Part shown: positions 28,601 through 41,569 of the stretch, in pieces
Position numbering within the stretch: position 1 is the first letter of the stretch
How the letters are laid out: each line of letters begins with the position of its first letter
Assembly: GCF_963921235.1 (NCBI RefSeq)
Contig: NC_086097.1
Span: 131,814,001-131,878,000, forward strand
Direction of reading: 5' to 3'
DNA length: 64,000 bases
Source: Mobula hypostoma
Lineage: Eukaryota
Notes under the pieces: generated by a model
Seen by the model: only the letters and a program-made list of their open reading frames with translations
Told to the model about the DNA's origin: nothing
The model's database searches: none
Program-made: the position numbers and the translations under genes

Positions 28601-28859
28601 TATTCATAAATAATGAGGAACTAAATTACTTTGTCCTGTTCCCTTTCTATGTTATTAATTCAAATATTTCAATCTTTTTTTTTCTGTTATTTCCTCTCTC
28701 CACATTCCATCATTGTTTTTAAGAAGCTTGTAGGTCTGGTCACTAATGAGGCCATTTTGTTTTAGGCAAACAAGGTAGTAAACCTCATGGAAAGCTCACC
28801 ACAATTCAATGCAATTTAGAAACTGGATTGAATAAATATTTAAATCAAAGTTGAGTTTA

Positions 28860-29885
28860 CTGATGTTTTAGCTGCCGTGTCTGGGAGAATGGTCTGTTAG
28901 TTTCTGTGCGAGGGTGAGATTCTGGGGGTTTGGGGTTTGATGTTTTAGCTGCCTTTCCGAGTGGGTGATCTGTCAGTTTTTGAGCAATGGAGAGGTTGGA
29001 AGGGTTAGGGGTTTGGTGTTTTAGCTGCTGTGTCCTGGTGAGCAGTTAGTTTTTGTGCAAGGGAGAGTTTGGGGGTTTGGGGTTTGTGAAATTTGTTTCC
29101 TTTTCTTTTCCATGCGGAGGAGGGACTCAATGACTTAGATTAGATTAGATTATGAGGACCCACAGTCCTCTCTTATTGTCATTTAGTAATGCATGCATTA
29201 AGAAATGATACAATGCTTTTCCAGAAAAATATCACGAAAACACATGACAAACCGACTTAAAAACTAACAAAAACCACATAATTATAACATATAGTTACAA
29301 CAGTGCAAAGCAATACCGTAATTTGATAAGAACAGACTATGGCACGGTAAAAGTCTCAAAGTCTCTTGAAAGTCCCATCATCTCACGCAGACGGTGAACC
29401 TCCAGCGCCGCCAACTAGCTGATGCAGCATACTGGAAGCTTCTGACCACAGTCCGACTCCGAGTCCGTCGGAAAACTCTGAGGCTCCGACCAGCTCTCCA
29501 ACACCGAGCACCGAGCACCATCTCTGCTGAGTGTTTCGACCCCGGCCCTGGTGACAGGCAATAGGCAAAGCCGAGGATTTAGGGCCTTCGTCTCCGGAGA
29601 TTCTCGATCGCACAGTAGCAGTGGCAGCGAAGCAGGCATTTCAGAAGTTACTCCAGGTGTTCCTCCGTGCTTCTCACAGCTGTCTCCATCAAATCCGGAT
29701 TGTGCATGGCCCCATACGATATTCATTCGGAACGGCTGCACACGCTGTGTCGCGCCACCATCTTCTTCTCCCTCCTCCTCCAACTTCCATGGTTTTTCTG
29801 TATTTTACAGCTATCTGGAAAAGATGAATCTCAAAGTTGTGTTCTGCATACATATTCTGATAATAAAATGAACCTTTGAACCTTA
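28860..29885 (+). mobile_element. Non-coding retroposon with about three 75-bp tandem units and a Rex1-like tail, split by a nested element
   Basis: tgttttagctgc...ggggtttg units at 28860-29090; gaatctcaaagttgt...aataaaatgaacctttgaacc tail at about 29825-29882. Confidence 0.55.
29137..29782 (-). mobile_element. Non-autonomous LINE derivative (5' UTR fused to a Rex1-like (TCTAA)n tail)
   Basis: The minus-strand 5' end carries AAGATGGTGGCG, the body is CpG-rich, the 3' end has a (TCTAA)n tail like the Rex1 copy at 57815, and there is a possible ACTT TSD. Confidence 0.6.
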
Positions 29886-31424
29886 TAAAGCACACTCTGT
29901 TGTATACAGATGTAAGTGTAGACAGGTGACGATGCAGATCCTGGAACTTCTGATACCCATTTGTTGGCCCTACGAGTATTTAGTTTCTACTTTCTATTGC
30001 TGCCATGGACCATTGGCTAATAGCTGAGCTGTGGATGTCACCAGCATTTATTGACCATCCCTAATCACCCTTGAGTTAACTGCTTGCTCAAGAGTAAGTG
30101 TAACGTTGTTCCAGAGGCACTTGTAGGTTATAGCAGGTAAAGACATCATATTTCCATTCTGAAGGAGCATAGATGTACCAGATGGATCTTCACAGCATTC
30201 AGTAGTTTCATGGGAACTATTACTGGGACTAGCCTTAATAATCTGGATTTATTTCCTTTACTGAGTTTACACTCCCCACGGCAATGTGGCAGGCTTTGGA
30301 CTCAGATCCATAATCTTAGATCTCAAGTTAACCACTAGGCTATCTCCATTACACTCCTTTTTTTGCAAGTGTTGGTTACCCCAGTGGGACTGGTATAAAA
30401 GTCCTATTAAAATTGAAAATGATCAGTTATTTTTTGCCTTGATTTATGAAGAACAAATTATAACTTCAAATATATTAAGTACATTTTATATTCGGCACAC
30501 AATTCAACTGGAAGCAAAAATACCTCCATGGAATCTTTCACAAACTCAGAATGTTTTTGGTTATCGCAACCAGTGAAGTAGTTTTGAAATGTTGCCACGT
30601 GGAAAATGTGCTCAGTTAAGTTGTACACAGAAAGATCCCACAAGCTTCATGTGTGATAATGACTGGACAATCTTATTAACATCTTGGTTGAGAGCTAAAG
30701 ATTGATCAGAATTCTGGGTTAATGGTCCTGCTTGTCTTTGGTCTGGCACTAGTGGATCTTAGTGTAACACCTAACTCAAAAGGCCAGCATTTGCAACAAA
30801 GCAGCACTCCCTCAGTACTGAATGTTGCTCTTTGTAGAACTAAAGAAAGTAGCTCAACACTTGCACTTATGCAAAGACATGTTACTAATATGAGCAACGC
30901 ACACGAAGTGCTGGAGAAACACAGAAAGTCAGGCAGCAACTTCGTTGGGGAATAAACACTGCCCAGCAGAGTGAGAAGAAAGATACTGAGCCAGTGTGGC
31001 AGATGGATGCCCTACAACAGAAATAACTTACTTAAATAAAAACAGAGAAGGTAAGGTCCCTGAATTGCTGAGTATTTCCAGCACCTTGGTCTTTATTTCA
31101 GCTTTCCATCATCTGCATTTACCTTTCAGAAAGCACATTGTACAAGTAGAAACTTTGACATAATACTTGTACAAAATAGAAAAGATAACTATGTTCCAGA
31201 ACTGATATAACTCATTCAGTACCCAACAGCTTATTCAATGTGTTCCTGGCGTAGAGAATGAAAACTTCTGTCTGTTCCAACCTTATGCAAGTCTTGATCT
31301 GAAATATTGACAGTTCCTTTCTCCCCCATGAATGTTGCCAACTCCTTGAGGCCCTTCAGCAGACAGATACAAGAGCACTGAAATAGAGGAAATTTTCAGT
31401 CTGTCTACTTTGGTACGTGGTTCA

Positions 31425-31975
31425 ATTAGAACATAAGACATAGAGAGCAGAATTAGGCCATTCGGTCCATCAGTCTTTGTTGCCATTCAATCATGGTTAA
31501 TTTAGTTTCCCTCTTAACCCCATTCTCCTGACTTCTTCCCATAACCTTTGACACCATTGTTAATCAAGAACCTATCAACCTCCACTTTAAATATACCCAA
31601 TGACTTGGTCTCCACAACCATCTGTGGTAATTAATTCCACAGATTCACCATCCTCTGGCTAAAGAAATTCCTCCTCATCTCTGTTCTAAAGGGATGTCCT
31701 TCTATTCTGAGGGTGTGCCCTCTGGTCTTAGACTCTCCCATTATTGGATGTGTCTTCTGCATGTCCACTGTATCTAGACCTTTCAATATTCAATGGGTTT
31801 CAATGAGATCCCCCACGTTCTTCTAAACTCCAGCGAGTACAGGTCCAGAGCCAACAAATGCTCCTCATACCTTAATCCTTTCATTCCCACATAATTCTTG
31901 TGAAACTCCTCTGAACCCTCTCCAATAGCAGCATTTCAGTTCCTAGATAGTGGGGCCCAAATCTGCTCACAATAC
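31425..31975 (-). mobile_element. CR1 3' fragment
   Basis: cataagacatagagagcagaattaggccattcgg tail plus the ORF2 end. Confidence 0.85.
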
Positions 31976-32484
31976 TACATTCATAACAATAATTAAATCA
32001 TGGTAAGTTGTCATATTTGTTGAATACAAGCTACTTCACAGATAATCCCATTACCCTGTTACCTTTCCCCGATTCCTATTCTCCCCACACTCCCATCAAC
32101 TTGAGGGCTTGCTTTATATGGAGAGTTTGGACAGGCTAGTACTTTATTCCATGGAGCACAGTTCACTGAGAGACGGCCTTACAGAGGTGTACAGCATCAT
32201 ATAAGCATATATAGACAGACAGAAACACACAAACACACACACTTGGGACTTCCATTAAGTCCCTGTTAGCTTGCTGCAAAACCAGATCCCTGTTGAATGT
32301 AATTTTAAGTGTAATAAATGAAGAAAGACAGGGCTGAAAACATAGAAATTGAGCAAAATATTGACTTTTCAACCAGTCTGCTGTCAATCAGATTTTTAAA
32401 TGATTTCCAATTCTCAAGTCAAACAGTTGGCAGTTTGCGGTTTTCTGATCGGTTTGTGTCAATACAGGTATCTGAAAAGTGTCA

Positions 32485-32850
32485 TCTTGGTCTCACCCTC
32501 TCAGTCAGAAGGTAGTGGCTTTAACCCTCAGTCCACAACACAATCGTACCTGCTGAGGGAATGCTGTACTGTGTGTGATACCGCCTTTCATGGGAGACCC
32601 TAAACCTGTCTGCTCTCACGAGTAGATGTAAAAGATCTTATGGAGTTATGATGAAGAGTTGAGAACCAAGTCAAAGCTATTATAATAGATAGTTTTTTGC
32701 TATTGTAGAAGCTTGCCTCATTGGATACTGTGGAAGCTGCCTCACTTCTTTGAAGCGACAACATTTGAAAAAATTTCTTTAAGTCTCACTTGCCTTGGGA
32801 TATCCTGAAGTTCAGATAGGTTCTATATAAATGCATATCTTTTCTTTATC
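32485..32850 (+). mobile_element. Old DeuSINE-like (SacSINE1/AmnSINE1-like) SINE
   Basis: tcagaaggtagtgg head, ctgagggaatgctg...gtagatgtaaaagatc core and ctatataaatgca...tctttcttt tail. Related copies occur at about 53165-53480 and 63740-63990. Family assignment is from memory of the consensus. Confidence 0.5.
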
Positions 32851-32884
32851 AAATGGATTAAAAGGTTGTTATATTACATTGCAA

Positions 32885-33200
32885 GACACACAAAATCCTG
32901 GAGGAACTCAGCAGGTCAGGCAGCATCTATGAAAATGAATAGGTAGTTGATGTTTTGGGCTGAGACTCTTCTTCAGGACTGAGAAGGAGGGAAAGATGCC
33001 AGAACCAAAAAGGTGGGGAGAAGGGCTTTTTATTTTTTATTCGTTTTATTCTGGCATCTTTCCCCTTCCTTCTCAGTCCGGAAGAAGGGTCTCGGCCCAA
33101 AACATCAGCTATCTACTCATTTCCATAGATGCTGACTGCCCCCAGCATCTTGTGCGTGTTGCTTTAGATTTCCAGCATCTGCAGACTTTCTTGTGTTTAT
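32885..33200. mobile_element. Palindromic element made of two inverted Penelope-type 3' ends
   Basis: cagcatctatgaaaatga...tgttttgggctgagactcttcttcaggactgagaaggagggaaagatgccagaa is mirrored by ttctggcatctttccccttccttctcagtccggaagaagggtctcggcccaaaaca...tcatttccatagatgctg. Confidence 0.75.
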
Positions 33201-33819
33201 GTTATATCATAGAATATCGGGCATAGAAACAGTCTACTTATTGCCCACACAAACCTTCTCTCCCAGGTTGCTGGGATTATCTTGCTTCAATGTAAATCTT
33301 TTAATACAGCTTGCACTCACCACCACCTTCAATGTTACTTGCCTATGCTGTTCCCTGTAGTTGTGAGATCACATTCCAACCCCTTTCTGAGTAAAAATGT
33401 TTCTCCTGAAATCCATTACTTCCTTTGAACTCTGTCTGCTCAGTGGCTTCATTGTTTAAATCCCAGAACTCTCTCCCTAGTAACACCTTGGGAGCATCTT
33501 AACCAGAAAGGCTGCATTGGTTCAAGACAGCTGTTCCCCATCACCTTACCAGGGGTAATCGGGGATGGGCAATATATTCTGGCTTTACCGCATGCTGACA
33601 AAGAAACTAAAACACCATCCTTCATTGAAGAATTAAACTACTCGCTGTATAGATACATTAAACATAATTTTTGAGGAAAATATCACTCTGACGGCAATTG
33701 AATTACTTATTTCTCCTTAAAACCTCCCTTCCTCTATTTCAATCTTACTTACTTTTAAAACACCATTGCTTCCATTAATATAAGAAACAAGTAATAGCAT
33801 ATACTGGAAAATGATAGTA

Positions 33820-34040
33820 CAGTGGTGTGTCAGGTAGTCCTACAATCTCACAGCTCCAGTGACCCTAGTGTTATTTGTATGTAGTTTGTATATCCTCTCT
33901 GGGACTGCAACAATTTTCTCTGGGTGCTCCAATTTCTTCCCACATCCCAGAGATGTGCTGGTATGTGAATTGCCCTTTGTAAGTTTTCCCTGGAGCGGAT
34001 GTGTGGTAGGGAAATCAACTAGGCTTGGTGGGCACGTGTT
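33820..34040 (+). mobile_element. V-SINE (HE1-like)
   Basis: gtagtttgtatatcctctctg...ctgggtgctccaatttcttcccacatcccagagatgtgc V-domain-like core. Confidence 0.6.
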
Positions 34041-34395
34041 ACAGTACAGGTTGTGAGGAATTAAGCTGTGGAAATGGCTGTAATGGGACTGGCCTACACT
34101 TGATCGTTTGAATTGTCTCCATCTACGTTGTAAGAAAATATGAAAAATCATTTAAAAAAAACATCAATCCATCACTATTGGCAGCAAGTCCTGCTGGCCC
34201 CAACCTCAGAGAAGTGTGTGAAACTGGTGTGGATGGGGCTGACAGGGATACAGTTCCTGCTGTCGTGAAAGACGGATAAATGTGTCAAAGTCCAACAAAA
34301 CAACAGATTTCACGACCTGTCAGTGATATTAAACATGATTCTGTACATGTCTGCACAGGTGCAATGAAAAGCTTACTTGCAGCAGCATCATAGCA

Positions 34396-35115
34396 AAAAC
34401 AAAGGAGCTGGTTGTGGATTACAGGAGGAATGGAGGGAGGCTAGCTCCTATTGACATCAATGGATCTGGGGTTGAGAGGGTGACCAGCTTTAAGTTCCTG
34501 GGCATAAACATCACCGAGCATCATATGTGATCTGTACATACTGGCTGTGTGGTGAAAAAGGTACAACAGTGACCCTTTCACCTCAGACGGTTGAAGAAGC
34601 TTGGTGTGGGGGCCCCCAAACCCCAAGAAGCTTTTTTAGGGGCACGATTGAGAGCATCCTGACTGGCCGCATCACTGCCTGGTATGGGAACTGTGCTTCC
34701 TTCAATCGCAAGACTCTGCAGTGTGTGATGCAGATAGCCCTGCACATCTTTAGATGTGACCTTCCCACTATTCAGGACACTCAGGACACTGACAAAGTCA
34801 GGTGTATAAAAAGGGTTTGAAGGATCATTGGGGACCCGAGTCACCCCAACCGTAAACTGTTCTAGTTGCTACCATCCAGGAAACGGTACCGCAGCATAAA
34901 AGCCAGGGCCAACAGGCTCCGGGACAGTTTCTTCCACCAGACCATCAGACTGCTTAACTCATGCTGACTCAACTGTATTTCTATGTTATATTGACTATCC
35001 CGTTGTATGTAATGCTTACTATAAATTACTATAAATCGCACATTGCACATTCAGACGGAGACATAATGTAAAGATTTTTACTCTTTGTGTATATGAAGGA
35101 TGTAAGAAATAAATC
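34396..35115 (+). mobile_element. Rex1/Babar-type LINE 3' fragment
   Basis: KELVVDYRR...FKFLG...IESILTGRITAWYGNC; same family as 45735-46710. Confidence 0.85.
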
Positions 35116-35439
35116 AATAGCAATAGTACAAGAAGAACACAAATTGAAAATAAATTAAACACAATTTTTGCAAGAAAGAACACAATTAGTACATAGCAAA
35201 GTCCATTTCAGTGCAAAGTGATTAAAGTGATCATAGTATTACTAAACTCTAGTGATTATGGTTACGCTGGTTGATTCAGGAGCAATTGGTTGGAGCAAAG
35301 GAGCTGTTCTTGAATCTAGTGTTATGGGACTTTGGATTTCTGTACCAAGGACTGCGTGAAGTTCTTTTGTTTGGCATCCCACTCCAAAACTGGACAAATT
35401 GCCTTCTCGGCTTCAACTGTTCTTCTCTTCCCTTGTCAG

Positions 35440-38400
35440 CATAGAAACAGGCTATTCGGCCCACGTGGATGTAAGGAAGATGGAGGGATCTGGACATGGT
35501 GTAGGTAGGAGGGATTTGTGTTTGAGTGTTTTTGGTTTGCTTTTTAGCTGGTGTGGCACAACATGGTGGGCCAACTGGCCTGTTCCTGTGCTATACTCTT
35601 CTATCTAAGGACGATCAGACAAGGGAAGAGAAGAATAGTTGAGGCCAGGAAGACAATCCAAACATCTTTTAAAAGCCTTTAATTTATTTGCCTCTACCAC
35701 CATACCAGGCAGTGCATTCCAGGCATCCACTGCTTTCTGAGTAAAAAAACTCCTTGAATCTATCACCCCTCTCCTTCAATGCATGCCCACTTGTATTAGA
35801 CATTTCAAATCTGGGAAACAGACACCCACTGTCCACTCTATCTATGCCTTTCATAATCTTGTAAACTTCTATCAGATCTCCCCTCAGCCTCCAGTGATCC
35901 AGAGAAAAGAAACCAAGTTTATCTAGCCTCTTATGATAGCACGTGCCCTTTAAACTAGGCAATATCCCAGTAAACTTCTTCGGGAACCTCTCCAAAGCCT
36001 CAATATCCTTCCTATAATGAGGTGAGCAGAACTGTGCATAACACTCCAGATGTGGCCTAAGCAGATTTTTATAAAGTTACAACATAACCTCCTCACTTTT
36101 GAACTCAGTGCCTCAACTAATAAAAGCAAGCATTCCATAACCTTCTTAACCACCTTATCAACTTGTGTAGATACTTTCAAGGAGCTATGAACTTGGATTC
36201 CAAGATCTGTCTGCTCAGCAAAATTATTAAGGACCTTGTCCTTAACGGTGTACTATCTCCTTGCATTTCCCCTGCTGAGGTGCAACACCTCACATTTATC
36301 TGGGTTAAATTCCATCTGCCATTTCTCAGCCCATATCTGCAACTGATCTATATTGTGCTGTATTCTTAGTCAGTCTTTTACACTATCCACAGCTCCACCA
36401 ATCTTGGTATCATCTGCAAAATTATAAACCCACGGATCTACACTTGCCTCTGGGTCATTTATATACCCGACAAACTGCAGAGGTCTTAGCACAGATCCTT
36501 GTGGATCACTGCTAATTATAGACCTCCAGCTCGAATAAGTCCCTTCAACTACTGTACCCTGTCTTCTATGCGCATGCTAGTTCTGAATCAAAGCAGGCAA
36601 TTCGCCGTGAACCCCATGCATCTTAATCTTCTAAATTAGCCTCCCATGAGGGGCTTTGTCAATCACCTTACTAAAATCCATGCAGACAACATCCACTGCC
36701 ATACCCTCCCTCATCAATTTCTCTCGTCACATTGTCAAAAAACTCAATCAAATTGAAAGGCACGATCTGCCACGCACAAAGCCCTGCTGGGTCTCCCTAA
36801 TTAGGCCATGGGTTTCCAAATGCTCATATATCTTATCCCTAAGAACTTTCTCCAGCAATTTCCCTACCACTGATGTGAGACCACTGATCTATAGTTTCCA
36901 GGATTTTCCCTTGTTTCCTCCTTAAATAGAGGTACAACATTAGCCACTCGCCAGTCCTCTGGGACTTTGCCTGTGGCTAGAGAGGACACAAAAATACTGG
37001 TCAAGGGCCAAGCAATCTCCTCACTTGCCTCCTTCAATAACCTGGGGTAAAGCCCATCAAGTTCTGGGGACTTATCCACCTTAATACTCAATAAGAGGAC
37101 CAGCACTTCCGCCTCTTGACCTTTAAATGCCCTCACAAATTTATACACTCAGCGCTGATATCCTGCCTATCCATATCCTTATCCTTGATAAATACTGAAG
37201 CAAAGTACTCATTAGGTGCCTCACTCACATTCTTCTCACCCAAGCAAATGTTCGCCTCCTCCCCCCCCTTATCTTTGAGTAGCACCCTCACCCTATTTAT
37301 CCTTTCACTGTTGATGTATGTATAGAATGCCTTGGCACTTACCTTAATCCTACTTGCCAAGGAACTTTCATGGACCCTCCTGCCTCTCCTTACTCCCTAT
37401 TTTAGTTCTTTCTAGCTTCTTTATACTCCTCATGTGCTTCATTTGATCCTGACTTCTGAAGATTTACATACTTTTCCTTTTTCTTCTTGAATAAATTCAT
37501 CACCTCTCTGGACATCCAAGGTTCTCTTATGTTTCCATTCCTGTCCATCCTTCCAGCAAGGACAACCCTTTCCTGTACTCTGGGCAATTGATCTTTAAAC
37601 ACCCTCCATGTGTCTGATGTGGACTTGCCAGAAAAAGGGTGTTCCCAATGAACACTTTTTAGTTCCTGCCTAATGCCCTTGTAATTTACCCTACTGCAAT
37701 TGAAAACTTCCCCACAGGATCATACATATCCTCATTTATAGCTATCCTGAAAGTTAAGGAATTGTGGTCACTTCTCCCAACTGTTCGGCCACTGAAAGGT
37801 CAGTCATCTGGCCAGGCTCGTTACCCTACACCAGGTCCAGTACAGCCCCTCCTTTTGTTGGATGATCCACATATTGATTTAAGAAACTTTCCTGGACAAA
37901 TTCACCCCTTACACTAAGAAGGCCCCCAGTTTATATGAGGGAAGTTGAAATCCCCCATGACATCAACTCTATTATTTCTACGTATTTCCTTAATCAGATT
38001 ACATATCCATTCATCAATGTCCAGATGCTACTGGGGGTCAGTGGTACAATCCCATCAGTGTGATTGCACCCTTCCTATTCCTGAGTTAACCCAAATGGAC
38101 TCACTGTCTGACCACTCCATTATGTCTGCTCTGAGTGCAGCTGTGATATTGTCCCTGATTAGTAGTGCAACTCCCCCACCCTTACCGCATCCTCTATCTT
38201 TTCTAAAACTTCAAAAACCTGGTACGTTAATCACCCATTCCTGCCCCTCTCTCAGCCAAGTTTCAGTGATGGCTACAACATCGTAGTTCCATGTACTGAT
38301 CCATGTCCTAAGTTCATCATCATTCATAACACTGCTAACTAACTAACTAACTAATGGCTGTGTCTGTCTAAGTAAACAATGGATGCGTCCAGTTTTCCGG

Positions 38401-39800
38401 GGTGCAGACCTGGGTGATGAATACAGAGATCCTGGGCTGCCCAGACATCAAGATCCCCCTCTTGGCCTCGCGGATGTGGTCCAAAGGAATGCCAAGCAGT
38501 ACATTTGGCATCACCTTGGCTGCAGGAGCTGCTGGGAGGTGACGTGATACGTCATCCAACCACCTTAGGTGCTTCACTCTGGATTTGTGTAGGGTTTACT
38601 CCTTAGCCTTCTCTTCTCCTGAAGATACACACAAGGCAGAAGGATCTGTAACTTTGGACAGGGGCCCATACGGGATATTGTCAGCCGGAGCCAGCTGAGC
38701 CCGGGACTCATGTAAGGCAGGGTCATCACGCCCTGAAGTAGTGACGTATGGAGCCACTACCCAGTACCTTTATAATACTGCTAGCATTAAAATATACATA
38801 CTGTACTTCAAACTGTCTGACCCATCATACCTCTTATTTCAAATTTGCCTTTCAATATTTTCCATGACATCTACCTTCCAGCCTGATCTTCCCTTACTGA
38901 CTTGGGTCTCGGGTTCCCAGCCCCCTGCACAACTAGTTTAAACACTCCCAAGTTGCATCAGCAAACATCGTGGCCAGGATATTGGTTCCCCTCCAGTTCA
39001 GGTGCAACCCTTCCCTCTTGTACAGGTCACCCCTTCCCCAGAAAAGGTTCCAGTGATCCAAGAACTTGAAACCCTGGCCCCTGCACCATCTCCGCAGCCA
39101 CTTACTAACCCATGACCCAGGAGTAATCCAGAGATCATAAAATTGGAGGTCCTTCTCTTCAGCCTCTTTCCTAACTCTAGATACTCACTAGATGGAACCT
39201 CTTCCCCTTTCCCGCCTATGTCATTAGTGCCAATATGCTCCATGACCTCTGGCTGCTCCCCCTTCCCTTTGAGAATATACTACAGCCATTCAGATACATC
39301 ATGGACCCTAACACCCGTCAGGCAACATACCATCCTAGTTTCTCTTTTGTAGCCTCAGAATCTCCTTTCTGTCCCTCTAGCTGTCAAGTCCACTATAACT
39401 ACCACATAACTTGACTTTATCCTTCCCTATCGAGCCTCAGAGCTGACCCCACAGTGCCACCAGCCTGGTCATTTCCCCCCAGCAGTACCTAAAGGGATAT
39501 ACCTGCTGCTGAGGGGAATAGTCACAGGGTAACCCTGCGTTGGCTTATTAATCCCCTTCCCTCTCCTGGTGGTCACCCATCTACTGTCCGAAGGCTGTAC
39601 TCTGGGTGTGACCAGCTCTTCAAAAGTCTTCTCCATAACATTTTCAGCCTACTGAATGATCCTGAGTACATCCAACTCCAGCTCCAACTCCTTGACCCAG
39701 TCAGTCAGGAGCTGAATTTAGGTGCACTAGCCGTAGATGTAGTCGTCAGGGAAACCATCAGGTATTCCAAATTCCCACATCTGACAGAAGGAGCATTCCA
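35440..39800 (-). mobile_element. Near full-length decayed CR1 LINE (ORF1 esterase, AP endonuclease, RT)
   Basis: Colinear fragments HIGTNDIGG (38998-39243), KVDKSPELDGLYPRLLKE...NPGNYR (36864-37148) and RLRGDLIEVYKIMKG (35684-35995). The 5' UTR may extend to about 40100. Confidence 0.88.
38338..38771 (-). mobile_element. RTE-derived non-autonomous retroposon with (TTAG)n tail
   Basis: 12-bp TSD ATAACACTGCTA / ATAATACTGCTA, a simple-repeat tail, and motifs shared with 57104-57677. Confidence 0.65.
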
Positions 39801-41569
39801 TCCTGACTACTCTATATCAAAAAAGAAAAAAAGCTTGCCTCTTCTTCTCTGCCTGAGCCTGTTCACATTGAACTCTGTTAAGCCACTCTATCACTGGCAC
39901 ACACTGACAACGTCTGCTCCAACAATGGCCTCTCTACTTGAGCGTACCTTTCTTTATTTGCAGCTGAGATTAGGCCTCTGATGCCAACACTTTGCGTGCT
40001 TGTGTAGCCCAAAAGAGACCGGTCTTGCCGAATTTGCTCCTTTAATCCTCGCTCTCCTGACTTCTGGAGGGTTCTGACACCGACACACATTCCTCTTCCC
40101 TGAGCTGCTGAAAAAAATACTTACTCATTGAATCATAGAACATGGACAGGTGGATACTGTCTGGATACAGGCTCTTCATCCCAACGGGTCCATGCTGATC
40201 ATGGTACCCACGCAGCTAATTCCAATTTCCTGTGTTTGTCCATATCTCTTCAAGCCCCTTCCTTCCATGTACATTCAAAGCGTTGGTTAAATAATACCTT
40301 TGTACTTATCTCAACTATTTCCACTGGTAGTTCACTCACCAGTGGTACTCACCACATTCTGCATGGAAAAGTTACACCTCAGACCTATTTTAAATCTTGC
40401 CCCCCCCCCCGAACTTATGCACCTGAATTTTGGACACCCCTACCCTGTGGAAATAACTATTACCATTCACCTTATCTATGCTCCTCATAATTTCAAACCG
40501 TTCTATAATGTCACACTTATTCCAGGGAGTATAGACCCTAGTTTGGTCAATCAAACTGTATTATCTAGATATCTCTATCTAAGGATGTTACCGGGACAAC
40601 TAAATTACACTCCACTCTACAGTGTGTCAACTGAGATTTAGGCGAAATGCAAATTCTTTCAGTTAAGTGTAAGGTCCTAATTGAGTCCAGTGGCTACTGG
40701 AGTTAAAGGGTTAATACTTAAGATCTGAGCAGGGTTGAAACTTTGTTTTCCTCGGCAGGCTCCCGTCCACGCTTCAAATATTCTGTAGAATGTTCTGTTT
40801 CTAGTGCACTTGTCAGGGTCCATTTGCTGCTAGTGTCCTTGATGGTGACATCAGCGATAGACCTACTCTGCCCTTTGACCCAGGTCGGTAAGACAGAGAG
40901 GCCAAGTAATAAATTCCCATTAATTGTGAAGCAGACATGTCCCAAGAAAGACAAACCCTTTATATTTTAATTCCAGTCATCAACTTTGAAATGGACCTGT
41001 GGGTTGTTATACTCCAGTAATAGACTACCGCTGCTGACCAAACCACTTGGCAAGATGACCAGATTAGTTTACAGAGGACAGGTATGCAGGTGTGCACCTG
41101 TGTCTCTGGCAAAAACAGACATGTGGAAAAATCTCTATTTAACAATAGCAGAATGAGTAATGCAGCATGGGGAAAAAAGACCTTTTAGTCCATTGACATC
41201 ACACCGACCATCAAGCAGCCATTTACAATATTCCAACATTAATCCATATTTAGTTCTCTCCATATTCTCAGCTTCACATCCTCCCCCCCACCCCCCCAAT
41301 CTCCTACTTAGATTCTTCAGATCACCTGCTGTACATGCTAGGGACAATTTATAGCAACACACAGATCTTTGGGATGTGGGAAGAAACAAAAGTACCCAGA
41401 GGAAACCCATGTCGTTACATGTGAACTCCACACAAACAGACCCAGAGATCCAAATTGAATCTAGATCTCTTGTGCTGTAAGATAGTTTACTTTACTAGCT
41501 GCACCCACTGACCAATGCAGGAAATGACATTAAATCAACAACACATTGGTTTCTAGAAATCAACAACAC

